In this document: in pieces, positions 17,881-26,948 of the stretch
Layout: every line of letters starts with the position of its first letter
Position numbering within the stretch: the first letter of the stretch is position 1
Source of the DNA: Candidatus Poriferisocius sp.
GTDB lineage: Bacteria > Actinomycetota > Acidimicrobiia > Acidimicrobiales > Bin134
Assembly (NCBI RefSeq): GCF_965204145.1
Contig: NZ_OZ241977.1
Span: forward strand, 2,114,840 to 2,178,839
Reading direction: 5' to 3'
DNA length: 64,000 nucleotides
Notes under the pieces: generated by a model
What the model was told of the DNA's origin: nothing
What the model saw: only the letters and a program-made list of their open reading frames with translations
Databases searched by the model: none
Made by a program: the position numbers and the translations under genes

Positions 17881-20334
17881 TTGACCACGTTCTTCGAATC
17901 CGTGGGAAAGCTGGCAGTAGTGTCGCGGATCGTGTCTTCGAATGAACTGCCGCTGAGCGGCCTCCGGGTCATCGACATGGCCGACGTCAAGGGCGAGTTG
18001 GCCGGTCGGCTGCTGGCCGACTTCGGCGCCGACGTGATCCGGGTGGAGCCGCCCGGCGGGGCCGAATCCCGGCGCATGCCCCCGTTCGCTCCCGATGGCG
18101 ACACCAGCCTGTATTTCGCCTTCCGCAACTTCAACAAGCGGGGCATCACCGTGGACGTGACCACCGCCGATGGCCAGGCCCAGTTGCGGGAGCTGCTGGC
18201 CAGCGCCGATGTGTGGATCGAATCCACCAAACCGGGGACGCTGGCCCCTCACGGGCTCGACCCCCGGGATGTGTCCGCAGAGTTCGAGCACCTGTTGGTG
18301 CTGTCAATCACCGACTTCGGTCAAGAGGGGCCGTACGCCCAGTTCGAGGCCACCGACGAGGTGATCCAGGCCATGAGCGGACACCTGGCCGCCTCGGGCA
18401 TCCCGGAGAAGCCGCCGCTGCTCATACCTGGGGCAATCGCCTATGACACCGCCGGCGTGGTGGGTGCGCTGGCTGTGGCCATCGGGCTGGTGGCCAAGCA
18501 GCGCACTGGGCGGGGCCAGCACCTGGACTTCTCGGTGCTGGAGGCGGCCATCCACCTCAACACCTGGCAGCTGGCCAACATGCAGCCCACCCTCGACGCG
18601 GGAATGGACCCTCCCATCGTCCGGTCGGGAACCACCGTGGTGTATCCCCTGTTCGAAACGTCCGATGGCTTCATCACCATGGTGATCCTCAGCCCCCGCC
18701 AGTGGTTTGCACTGTGGGAGTGGATGGGCCGCCCCGAGGCGTTCGCCGACGAGATGTGGAGCCAGACCATTACCCGGATCATGAACGGCGACGTGTTGAA
18801 CCCGGTGATCGCTGAGCACTTCGCCCCGATGATGATGGAGGAAGCCGCGGCCGAGGCCCAGCGCCGGGGCGTGGTGGTCACTCCGATGCTCAAGCCGTCC
18901 GACATCCTGGTGAACGAGCACTACGTCTCCCGGTCGACGTTCGTGCCGATGGAAGTGGCCCCCGGCATCGAAGCAGCAACCGCCTCGGGGTTCATGGAGA
19001 TCAACCGACAGCGCCAGGGGTTCCGCTTCGGTGCGCCATCGGCGGGTGAGCACAACGCCGAAGTGACCGCCGAGGCCGTAGTCGCCGAACCCCGCGGGCC
19101 GGTCCCGGCCCCCGGCGAGACGGCCCAACCGCTGGCTGGGCTGCGGGTGCTGGACTTCGGCCACGGCGGCGTGGGCGTGGAGGGCGGCCGGATGCTGGCC
19201 GAATACGGGGCCGACGTCATCAAGATCGAAACCCGTACCTATCCCGATTTCATGCGGCTGGTCATCGGAACCGAGATGACGGCGTCGTTCGCCTCGTCGA
19301 GCCGCACCAAGCGCAGCTTCGGGGTCAACTCCAAGATCCCCGAGGGCCTGGCGGTGCTGAAGGAGTTGGTGAAGACGGCCGACATCGTGATCGAGAACAA
19401 CTCCACCGGCACCATGGACGCCATGGGGGTGGGCTACGAGACGCTCAAAGAGCTCAATCCCGGCGTGTGCATGGCCAGCAGCCAGCTCATGGGCTCCACC
19501 GGGGCCTATGCCGACTGGATTGGCTACGGGCCCACCATCCAGACAGTGGGGGGCATCAAGTACCTGTGGAACTTCACCGACGGCGACCCGCCGCCGGGGT
19601 CCAACGCCATACACCCCGACCACCTGGCCGGACGGCTGTGCGCTCTGGGCGCGCTGGTCGGCCTGTTGAGCCGAGACCGCCGGGACGGCGATGGGGCGCA
19701 AGCCGAGATCAGCCAGGCCGAGGCATTGGTCAACACACTGGGCGATCTGTTCATGGCCGAGTCGCTCAGCCCCGGCTCGGTGCAGCCGGTGGGCAACGAC
19801 TCCGACCAAGGCGCCCCCTGGGGAGTGTTCCAGTGCGACGGCGACCAGCAGTGGAGCGTGGTGTGTGTGCGCCACGACGCCGACTGGGCCGCGCTAAAGC
19901 AGGCCATGGGCAACCCGGCCTGGGCCGATCACCCGGCCTACGGAACCGCTGAAGGCCGTTTGGCCGCCCGGGAAGCAGTCAACGCCGGTGTAGCCGAGTG
20001 GACGGCCAACCTCTCACCGCTGGAGGTCCAGGAGGCGTGTCAGGCTGTCGGCGTCCCCGGCTCAGCCATGCTCACCGCCCTCGACCACATGACCGATCCC
20101 CAGCTCACCCAGAGAGGCTTCCCGTTGGAGGTCTTCCAACCCGGCGCCGGCGACCTGGTTCTGGAAGGCCCTTGCTTCTACGGCAGCGAGATGCCCACCC
20201 CCCCAGTCCACGCCGCCCCCCTACTCGGCGAGCACACCCGCCAAATCTGCACCGAAGAACTCAACATGGACCCCGCCGAAGTCGAACGCCTTGTCGAGAT
20301 GGGCGCCCTAGAAGTCCCCCTACCCGAGGACTGA
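17881..20334 (+). CDS. Family III CoA-transferase (CaiB/BaiF type), tandem two-domain form
   Basis: Two signatures: LSGLRVIDMADVKGELAGRLLADFGADVIRVEPPGG and LAGLRVLDFGHGGVGVEGGRMLAEYGADVIKIETRTYPD. The track start is TTG 17881; in-frame GTGs at 17902, 17920 and 17932 are equally plausible. Confidence 0.85.
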   Translation: MTTFFESVGKLAVVSRIVSSNELPLSGLRVIDMADVKGELAGRLLADFGADVIRVEPPGGAESRRMPPFAPDGDTSLYFAFRNFNKRGITVDVTTADGQAQLRELLASADVWIESTKPGTLAPHGLDPRDVSAEFEHLLVLSITDFGQEGPYAQFEATDEVIQAMSGHLAASGIPEKPPLLIPGAIAYDTAGVVGALAVAIGLVAKQRTGRGQHLDFSVLEAAIHLNTWQLANMQPTLDAGMDPPIVRSGTTVVYPLFETSDGFITMVILSPRQWFALWEWMGRPEAFADEMWSQTITRIMNGDVLNPVIAEHFAPMMMEEAAAEAQRRGVVVTPMLKPSDILVNEHYVSRSTFVPMEVAPGIEAATASGFMEINRQRQGFRFGAPSAGEHNAEVTAEAVVAEPRGPVPAPGETAQPLAGLRVLDFGHGGVGVEGGRMLAEYGADVIKIETRTYPDFMRLVIGTEMTASFASSSRTKRSFGVNSKIPEGLAVLKELVKTADIVIENNSTGTMDAMGVGYETLKELNPGVCMASSQLMGSTGAYADWIGYGPTIQTVGGIKYLWNFTDGDPPPGSNAIHPDHLAGRLCALGALVGLLSRDRRDGDGAQAEISQAEALVNTLGDLFMAESLSPGSVQPVGNDSDQGAPWGVFQCDGDQQWSVVCVRHDADWAALKQAMGNPAWADHPAYGTAEGRLAAREAVNAGVAEWTANLSPLEVQEACQAVGVPGSAMLTALDHMTDPQLTQRGFPLEVFQPGAGDLVLEGPCFYGSEMPTPPVHAAPLLGEHTRQICTEELNMDPAEVERLVEMGALEVPLPED

Positions 20335-20353
20335 TTGGCGCCCGCCAAATCAG
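20331..20353. terminator. Hairpin between convergent genes (9 bp stem with one bulge, GCCC loop), no clear U-tract
   Basis: ctgattggc-gccc-gccaaatcag overlaps the CoA-transferase stop codon and lies at the high-GC/low-GC boundary. Confidence 0.35.
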
Positions 20354-20367
20354 GTTAGTGCTGCAGT

Positions 20368-21447
20368 CTATTCAAAGTGTATTCTTAATTCCGAAGACGA
20401 ATATCCGAAACAGTCCAAGAATAACTGTGCTCTCTTGACACAGTGCTCAGCACTAAGGTGGACATCGATGTAGTACCCCGTGGAGCCGATCTCATAGTAT
20501 GAGTTAGGCTTGGGAACCTTCAACATTTGTGGATTTCGAGCCACATATGGGTGCATTCTTCCCTTGAGGTCTAACATTTTTTGAAATTCGTGGGAATGCC
20601 TCTCATAGAGTACTTCTGCCACTATGCGAGTGATATCCTTCCATATTCGCACTGGATACCTATGTCCCCACAGCTCTATAGCCGTCGGAAGTTGTTTGAT
20701 TGGCGACTTTTTCTTAGTATCTCTTGATGAAGAGCTAGTAGTGGCAGGGGCATTCATAGTTCGGTCGCTTGGAGTTGGCAATGAAGGTTGAGGAGAACGT
20801 TGCAATGCTTCCACAACCTGCCTTCTGGCGGGCCTTAAGTTGGTATTCTCATATACCCTCTTGCTCAAAAGCTCCACCAGTTCGTCGTCAGGCGCGCTCA
20901 GCATATGAGCCCAGATGCCCGGTATTTCCTTATTGAGTCTTGCAGTTTCTAGGCTTGCTTTGAGTACCAACTTCGCTCGTTGTAGTGCTTGGCCGCCGAC
21001 CAGGTTCTCCTTGCTCAAAAAAGCGCTCAAGTCATCTGCCAATTGCTCAAGAGGATCCTCATTCAGCTTTAACACTGCAAATCTTCGTTTTGCTGGGTCA
21101 CCGGACTCTCTTGGGAGATAAAGCCACCACTCCAACCCAGTCGTTAGTACGCAGATGTCCACCCCCTCATGAAATGCATAGCCGAGCACTTGAGAAACGT
21201 GACTGTCCAACTTCGAATTTGGAGCTTTCGCCTCAATCATGGCGACAATCCCAGTCGTCCCCCTAAGTGCAATATCGACCCGACCGCTGCCCCCGCCCCC
21301 GACGGAATACTCATATAGGACTTCAGGGCCATATGGGTCCCATCCCAAATCCTGGAGGATAGGTGCCAAGACCTTTAACTTGGCCGACTCCTCGTTTTGA
21401 GGTTCTGGCGACGAGCGAATCTTCTCCAGTCTCTCTTGTAGGGTCAT
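20368..21447 (-). CDS. HsdR-N-terminal-like PD-(D/E)xK nuclease-fold protein with uncharacterised C-terminal domain
   Basis: ESAKLKVLAPILQDLGWDPYG...GRVDIALRGTTGIVAMIEAKAPNSKLDSHVSQVLGYA...VLTTGLEWWLY matches the type I restriction HsdR N-terminal module (D...E-x-K). Ser/Thr/Pro linker, then about 110 aa I do not recognise. ATG 21447 follows GAGGA. Confidence 0.65.
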   Translation of the reverse strand: MTLQERLEKIRSSPEPQNEESAKLKVLAPILQDLGWDPYGPEVLYEYSVGGGGSGRVDIALRGTTGIVAMIEAKAPNSKLDSHVSQVLGYAFHEGVDICVLTTGLEWWLYLPRESGDPAKRRFAVLKLNEDPLEQLADDLSAFLSKENLVGGQALQRAKLVLKASLETARLNKEIPGIWAHMLSAPDDELVELLSKRVYENTNLRPARRQVVEALQRSPQPSLPTPSDRTMNAPATTSSSSRDTKKKSPIKQLPTAIELWGHRYPVRIWKDITRIVAEVLYERHSHEFQKMLDLKGRMHPYVARNPQMLKVPKPNSYYEIGSTGYYIDVHLSAEHCVKRAQLFLDCFGYSSSELRIHFE

Positions 21448-21515
21448 CGGTCCTCGCTTTGAAACAGAATGTAGACGGCCCAACAGGGTAGCGCGCTACC
21501 GGTGCCTGGCCATTC

Positions 21516-22262
21516 TCAGCTGGCCAGAGCGGTCAGCGGGTATTGGTCCCAGGTCCGACCGTCCAAATGGCGACCACCGGCCTTGGGCGAGCGACCGCCC
21601 CACTGCTTGAAGAAGAAGGGGACTCCGGCGTCGACGCAGCGGTCGCGGAGATCGGTTACCCATTCGGTCGACATGGGCCTAGCGCCAACACCGCTCTCGC
21701 CGCCAGCGATCAGCCAGTCGATGCCGGTGAGGTCAAAGGCTCCCAGCGCCCCAAGAAGCGGTTCGGCGCTGACGAAACGGACATGAGCAGCTACCTCCTG
21801 CAAATGCCTCACTCGGAACAGGTAGCGAGCAGATTCCACACTGACTCCTACCCATGCGTTGGATGGCCATTCCAGAGCATTGCTGAGTTGCACAAGCCGG
21901 TGTGAACGCTTGGTCAGCACTTGGTAGATGTGGTCCGGAGTGTCTCTCATGACCTCAAGCACATCCCTGATGAACTCCACTGGTACACCCTCATGGAAGA
22001 GATCACTCATGGAGTTGACAAAGATCATGCGGGGCTTTGTCCAAGTCGTAGGCAAGACCAGCGTCTCCGGGTGGCAGGTCAGTCCAAAGCCAGGGCCGCT
22101 GGTCCTCGGATCGCCATCGGCCTGGTACTTTGCCTGGCCCATCAATTTGAGCCGACCGGCCATCTTCAGGGCGTAGCAGTTGTCGCAACCCGGCGAGACC
22201 CGGTCGCAGCCGGTGGTGGGATTCCAAGTGGCATCGGTCCACTCGATGGCCGACTCAGCCAT
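21516..22262 (-). CDS. DUF5131 / phage Gp37-Gp68 family protein with three-Cys motif
   Basis: MAESAIEWTDATWNPTTGCDRVSPGCDNCYA (C-x6-C-x2-C), IFVNSMSDLFHE, IDWLIAGGESG, FFFKQWGG. Matches my memory of PF07505. Confidence 0.75.
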   Translation of the reverse strand: MAESAIEWTDATWNPTTGCDRVSPGCDNCYALKMAGRLKLMGQAKYQADGDPRTSGPGFGLTCHPETLVLPTTWTKPRMIFVNSMSDLFHEGVPVEFIRDVLEVMRDTPDHIYQVLTKRSHRLVQLSNALEWPSNAWVGVSVESARYLFRVRHLQEVAAHVRFVSAEPLLGALGAFDLTGIDWLIAGGESGVGARPMSTEWVTDLRDRCVDAGVPFFFKQWGGRSPKAGGRHLDGRTWDQYPLTALAS

Positions 22263-22289
22263 GGGAAACACGCGGGTCTTTGCTTCGGC

Positions 22290-23219
22290 TCATGCGACAT
22301 CCTCCCACTCCGGCAACTCGAACGGGAGTTCGTCTCGCCAGCCTGTGTGGAGATCTTCATACTGTTGTCGAGTCTCCTCGGCATCGAACAGAGTGCCCGC
22401 TTCGGGCTGAACACGATCCTTCTCCTGGGCCCAACTCATGATCGACTTGCCTGCGGGGCTGTCGGTCACGAAGATCATCGCATACAGCTCATTCCGCTTG
22501 TTGGGTACGATTGGCCGGACAAGCAGATGCTTGTAGCCCAAGCCTGCTAGGCGGTCCATGTAGAGATAAAGGTATGCCTTCTTGGCATGCCCAGGCTCGA
22601 GTTCACCTGACAGTCGGGCTTCCCAGATTCTCTCCCAAGGCCCCCAGGCCCCGTACAGTTCTGCGACTTTCTGTGGATACTCGCGCTTCACCGCTTCTTT
22701 GCGGTTCGAACCCAACATACGCACAATGCCCGATGTGCAAAAGAGGATCCACATTTCCACCTTTGTGCCGTTCGATCTTTCTGCGTATGCACGCTTGTGG
22801 TCGGATAGCGCTCGAATGGTCGACCAGTGCAACTCCATCCCATCAGGGTCGAGAAATGCAAATGTTGGAGCCTTCGCTGGAAGCTCTTGTAGTACGCGAG
22901 CCATCTCCTTGTTGCAGTCCCCTGCGATGACCTGCACATCTTGATTGCTGCGGCCAGAGGCCAACTTCTCTAGCCCTAGAACTCGATTCTGATTCATCTC
23001 AAAGAAACGGAGATGAGTGAACGGCGGCATCGCCTCGAGTGCCAATTCCGGTGACCCAGGGAATTCTCGATCCGTCCCTTTAATGAGATTTTTTGGATCA
23101 CCGGCAAAGGCATCGATGTACACCCGATTGCGCGCTCTTTGGGTGGCCTGAGTAAATACCGGTAGATAGTCACCGAGGATTGAGATCTTCTCGTACGAAT
23201 GCCCTTTCCACTCTCGCAT
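22290..23219 (-). CDS. tcmP: Three-Cys-motif partner protein TcmP-like (methyltransferase-like fold)
   Basis: HSYEKISILGDYLPVFTQA, VYIDAFAGDPKN (motif-I-like), FAFLDPDGMELHW (DPxG motif-IV-like). Sits immediately upstream of the DUF5131 gene, which is the canonical pairing. GGAGG RBS before ATG 23219. Confidence 0.65.
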   Translation of the reverse strand: MREWKGHSYEKISILGDYLPVFTQATQRARNRVYIDAFAGDPKNLIKGTDREFPGSPELALEAMPPFTHLRFFEMNQNRVLGLEKLASGRSNQDVQVIAGDCNKEMARVLQELPAKAPTFAFLDPDGMELHWSTIRALSDHKRAYAERSNGTKVEMWILFCTSGIVRMLGSNRKEAVKREYPQKVAELYGAWGPWERIWEARLSGELEPGHAKKAYLYLYMDRLAGLGYKHLLVRPIVPNKRNELYAMIFVTDSPAGKSIMSWAQEKDRVQPEAGTLFDAEETRQQYEDLHTGWRDELPFELPEWEDVA

Positions 23220-23286
23220 GGAACCTCCTGTGCTGAGGACAGCACAAGGTACCCAGGGAGAGTGACAACATCGGCCAGCAGCCCGG

Positions 23287-24072
23287 TCAGCCGATGACTA
23301 GGCCTCCGTTGGGGGTGATGGTTTCGCCGGTTACGAAATCGCTCTCGTCGGAGGCCAGGTAGAGGGCCGCGTAGGCGATGTCTTCGGGCTGGCCGATACG
23401 GCCGGCGGGGGTGATCATCTTGAGGCCTTCGATCATGTCGGCGTCTACCCCCGCCACCATCGGGGTGTCGATCACGCCGGGGCACACTGCGTTGGCCCGG
23501 ATGCCGTGGGGGGCGCAGAACCGGGCCATGGCCCGCATGAAACCCAGCAGACCGGCCTTGGCGGTGGCGTAGTGAATCGGCCCCCACCCGGCTAGTCCGG
23601 CGATGGACGACATGCAGACAACCGAGCCCTTGAGGTCGGTGTCGATGATCCGGGACAACATGGCCCGGGTGCAGTAGAAGGCGCCGTTGAGATGGATGTC
23701 GAGCATTCGCTGCCAGCCGTCGTCGCTCATGTCCACGATCTGGCGGTCGCCGCCGGTGTTGCCCTCCCCGGAGCCGTCACCGGGGGTGCTGTCGACGCCG
23801 GCGTTGTTCACCAGCACGGTGACCGGGCCGAAGCGGTCGTCGATGTCGGCGAACATGGCCTCGATGGCCTTGCTGTCGGACACGTCGCAGGCTGCGCTCA
23901 TGGCCTCGCCACCGTTGGCGATCACCTGATCGACGGTGGCCGCGGCAGCCGCCTCGTTCAAGTCCTGCACCACTACCTTGGCGCCCTCGCTGGCGAACAA
24001 CACGCTGATGGCCGTGCCTATCCCGCCCCCACCACCGGTTACCAGAGCAACTTTGCCGTCCAGTCTTCCCAT
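23287..24072 (-). CDS. SDR family oxidoreductase (FabG-like)
   Basis: GKVALVTGGGGGIGTA, NNAG, YATAKAG catalytic Y-x3-K, PGVIDTPM. ATG 24072 preceded by GGGAGG. Confidence 0.85.
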   Translation of the reverse strand: MGRLDGKVALVTGGGGGIGTAISVLFASEGAKVVVQDLNEAAAAATVDQVIANGGEAMSAACDVSDSKAIEAMFADIDDRFGPVTVLVNNAGVDSTPGDGSGEGNTGGDRQIVDMSDDGWQRMLDIHLNGAFYCTRAMLSRIIDTDLKGSVVCMSSIAGLAGWGPIHYATAKAGLLGFMRAMARFCAPHGIRANAVCPGVIDTPMVAGVDADMIEGLKMITPAGRIGQPEDIAYAALYLASDESDFVTGETITPNGGLVIG

Positions 24073-24177
24073 GAGTGACCTCCCAGTCATTATCGACGGC
24101 GAGACTTTACCGGCTGTTTCTGTCGTTGGCAGATTGCGGTGTGATTGAGACTATTCGCCGATATTTTTCAATGTGGA

Positions 24178-25161
24178 ATGACACCTCGATACCGAAACCC
24201 CCAGGCTGAGGCCGATGCCATCGTGGGCGAGGGTCTAACTACCAGAGTGCTGGAGCCGTCTCCGCCCGCCGACGTCACCGGTCCCTGGTATGCCGACGAC
24301 CCTGCCGCGGTGGGCAACCGTGAACAGACGACCGCCAGGGTGGTGACCCCGACCAGCGCTGGCGACCTCCGCTGGGCCGATCTGGCCGCCGCCGACGAGA
24401 CGGTGGCTGATTTCTGCCGGCCCCGATGGCTGGCCAACTACCAGCCGCTAGTGGGAGTGCCCGATCACTATCCGGTGCGGCGCGACGACCTTCACCGTCT
24501 GGCCTACGGCGTGGTGTCCAACACCCGCAAGGCGGCCAACGGGAAGTTCGGCCTGCGCTGGACTCTGGGCGGCTTCGGCACTCCGTTCTTCGGCGACGAC
24601 ATCCAGGTACGAGTGGAAGGGCGCCTCTTGGTGAGGCAGCACGGCGACAGGGTGGAGGCTGAGACGATTACCACGCTGGCCGCAGCCGCCGATTTCCTAG
24701 GCGTCGAAGCGACCAGCGACCAGGCCGAGCACGACACCGTGGCGCTGGGCGACTTGGATCGCCCGCTGACGGTAGACGAGGAGCTAGTGGCGTTCATCGG
24801 CGACTGGTTCGGGATGGCCACCGCGGCGCTGGAAGAGTTGCGCTGCACTCCCGGAGCCCCCGACCCCAGCCGGGTGCAGCTGTGGCCTGGCCACTTCGAC
24901 TTGGCAGTGGAGATCGGCGAAGCCGAGTCCGAGCCTGTGACCCGGGCCACCTATGGGGCATCGCCCGGAGACGCCGCTCACCCCGAGCCCTACCTGTATG
25001 TGGGGCCGTGGGGGCCGATCGATCACGGCGACCCGTTCTGGAACGACACTGCGTTCACCGGGGCGTCGCTGCCCTACGCGGCCATTGAGGGTGACCCCAA
25101 TCCCTGCGGCGTGGCCCTGGGCTTCTACCGCCAGGCACTCAGCCGGCTGACCGGCCTCTAG
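24178..25161 (+). CDS. Hypothetical protein
   Basis: Coding-like composition and length; no family recognised. Start set at the first ATG (24178); the track start is TTG 24145. Confidence 0.45.
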   Translation: MTPRYRNPQAEADAIVGEGLTTRVLEPSPPADVTGPWYADDPAAVGNREQTTARVVTPTSAGDLRWADLAAADETVADFCRPRWLANYQPLVGVPDHYPVRRDDLHRLAYGVVSNTRKAANGKFGLRWTLGGFGTPFFGDDIQVRVEGRLLVRQHGDRVEAETITTLAAAADFLGVEATSDQAEHDTVALGDLDRPLTVDEELVAFIGDWFGMATAALEELRCTPGAPDPSRVQLWPGHFDLAVEIGEAESEPVTRATYGASPGDAAHPEPYLYVGPWGPIDHGDPFWNDTAFTGASLPYAAIEGDPNPCGVALGFYRQALSRLTGL

Positions 25162-26171
25162 CCAGAATCCGAGAGCGCAGCCACCACCGGGGCAAAGCTG
25201 GTGATGGTCTCCGCCAGGCCCTCGGCGGCGGTCGAGCGGGCGGTGGCCGCCAGATTCAGGCTGGCGCTGGCGAACCCCATGTCGAGCACGCCGGCCAGCT
25301 GGTTGGCACACTCCTCGGGGGTGCCGACGATGGTGAAGGCTTCCACCAGACGGTCGTCGATCAGATCGTGCAGCGCAGGGTCGTCGAATCGGTTGTGGTC
25401 GAAGTACCAGCCTCGGCTGCGGGCCAGAGCGGCCTCGATGGCGGCCATGCGATCGGGGGATACATCCAGCTCAGGCGGGCGGATGATGGTGAGATAGTGG
25501 GCGGCGTAGCGCTTGACGCTGCGCCGGGCCAGATCGCCGTCGGCTGAGCAGCACAGCGTGAGGCGAGGGGCGGTTTCGAAGTCGTCCACTGTGCGCCCGG
25601 CCCGGGCTGCGCCCTCGGCCAGCCACGTCCGGTAGGTGTCAGCCAGATCGGCCGACAGAAAGCGACCGCCGACCAGGGCGATATCGGCCACCTCGCCAGC
25701 CAGGCGCATGACTTGAGGACTGCGGGTGCCGATCGAGATGGGAACGGGGTGCGCGGCCGGGTGGATCAGGCGCTCCCCGCCGACCTCTCCGCCAGCCAAC
25801 AGTGTGCGGATGTCGGCCACCGCTTGACGAAGAGCAGCCACCGGTTTGGGGTAGTCGATGCCCAGCGGCTCCAGGCCGGCCCCCACCCCCAGTCCGCAGA
25901 ATGCCCGGCCGGGGGCGATGTCGTCGAGGGTGGCCAGCGCCCCGGCCAGCACCACCGGATGCCGGGTGTAGGGGTTGGTGACCATGGCGCCCACGGAGAT
26001 GCGACGGGTGGCCTGCGCGCACAAGGCCTGAAGCATGAAGCAGTCGGGCCAGAACACCACATCGGAGATGCCCAGTCGGGCGAAGCCAGCCTCTTCTGCC
26101 AATCGAGCCAGCCCCACCGCGTCTGCTGTGCTCATCCCGGGGCTGATCTCCGCTTCGAGGGTGACGCTCAC
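25158..26171 (-). CDS. LLM-class flavin/F420-dependent oxidoreductase
   Basis: LARLAEEAGFARLGISDVVFWPD, MVTNPYTRHPVVLAGALATLDDIAPGRAFCGLGVGAG. Start trimmed to GTG 26171 so it no longer overlaps the neighbouring lipoprotein gene. Confidence 0.75.
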   Translation of the reverse strand: MSVTLEAEISPGMSTADAVGLARLAEEAGFARLGISDVVFWPDCFMLQALCAQATRRISVGAMVTNPYTRHPVVLAGALATLDDIAPGRAFCGLGVGAGLEPLGIDYPKPVAALRQAVADIRTLLAGGEVGGERLIHPAAHPVPISIGTRSPQVMRLAGEVADIALVGGRFLSADLADTYRTWLAEGAARAGRTVDDFETAPRLTLCCSADGDLARRSVKRYAAHYLTIIRPPELDVSPDRMAAIEAALARSRGWYFDHNRFDDPALHDLIDDRLVEAFTIVGTPEECANQLAGVLDMGFASASLNLAATARSTAAEGLAETITSFAPVVAALSDSG

Positions 26172-26247
26172 CGCCGGGCACGGTAGCACGGAGGCGGATG
26201 AGGGCAGGCCGGCCACACCCAGACCGGCCTGCCCGAACCGGGTCAGC

Positions 26248-26910
26248 TCAAGAGCACGGGGTACGGGCCGAGGCCAAGAACCCGCAATACGCCTCTCGGC
26301 TGACTGTCCATGTTCCATCCACCCGCTGGATCTCTCCCGTCAGGTCGGTATAGGCGGGAGTGCCTCCGAACAAGACGTTGTAGGTGACGGTGGCTTGGTC
26401 GCCGTTGATCTCCACCGCGGTGGGCTCCAAGCTGACCCCGCCCAAGCCTTCGCCAGACGCGGCATAGGCGGCATTGCTCGACTCCAGGGCAGCGGCATCC
26501 TCCAGGTGAGGCGCCTTGTCGGCAAACTCGACAGTAGAGTCGAAAACCACCGCCCACGCATCCATGGCCGCCTGATCATCTGAGGCTGCACCCGATGGAG
26601 CCGCGGCCGTGGGAGTCATGGACGCGGTCGGCGTCGCGACGGGGGTGGCAGTGGGCGTTGCAGCAGCGGTCGGAGTATGCGTCGCCGTGGCCGTCGCATG
26701 GACGGTGGGCGTCGCCGACCCATAGGGCGTGGCCGACGCGTACGGGGTGGCCGAACCGTGCGGGGTGGCCGACGCACTGGGCGACGCCGATGCCCCCGGT
26801 GTGCCTGACGGGTTCAACACATCGGTGACCCTGGCCGGGTCCCCTCCGTCGTCACCACAGGCGGCGGCGACCAGCGCCACCGCCAAGAACACCACTGCCC
26901 ACTTGGCCAT
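26248..26910 (-). CDS. Secreted lipoprotein with SATP(Y/H)G low-complexity repeats
   Basis: MAKWAVVFLAVALVAAACG lipobox; repeats SATPHGSATPYASATPYGSATP; C-terminal globular part. Confidence 0.6.
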   Translation of the reverse strand: MAKWAVVFLAVALVAAACGDDGGDPARVTDVLNPSGTPGASASPSASATPHGSATPYASATPYGSATPTVHATATATHTPTAAATPTATPVATPTASMTPTAAAPSGAASDDQAAMDAWAVVFDSTVEFADKAPHLEDAAALESSNAAYAASGEGLGGVSLEPTAVEINGDQATVTYNVLFGGTPAYTDLTGEIQRVDGTWTVSREAYCGFLASARTPCS

Positions 26911-26948
26911 GCCCCTTTTCCAGAACCGAGTTGTGCCGCGCTTGGCTG

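Larger units (their letters stand above)
20340..23285. other. Low-G+C three-gene insertion between two high-GC metabolic genes (candidate horizontally acquired cassette)
   Basis: Composition drops visibly (e.g. tattcaaagtgtattcttaattccgaagacgaatatcc). All three genes are co-oriented on the minus strand with short gaps (18 and 32 nt). The flanks are the CoA-transferase stop (20334) and the SDR stop (23287). Confidence 0.7.

Noticed and set aside
23229-23246. Hairpin tgtgctg-agga-cagcaca between the SDR stop and the TcmP start, considered as a terminator
   Set aside because: It has only 7 bp and no U-tract on the relevant strand, and it overlaps the GGAGG ribosome-binding site region of the TcmP-like gene. 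That is too weak to call.
25158-26318. Full 386-aa version of the LLM oxidoreductase
   Set aside because: The extension would overlap the convergently arranged lipoprotein gene end (26248) and adds non-LLM-like sequence. GTG 26171 gives a typical LLM N-terminus.
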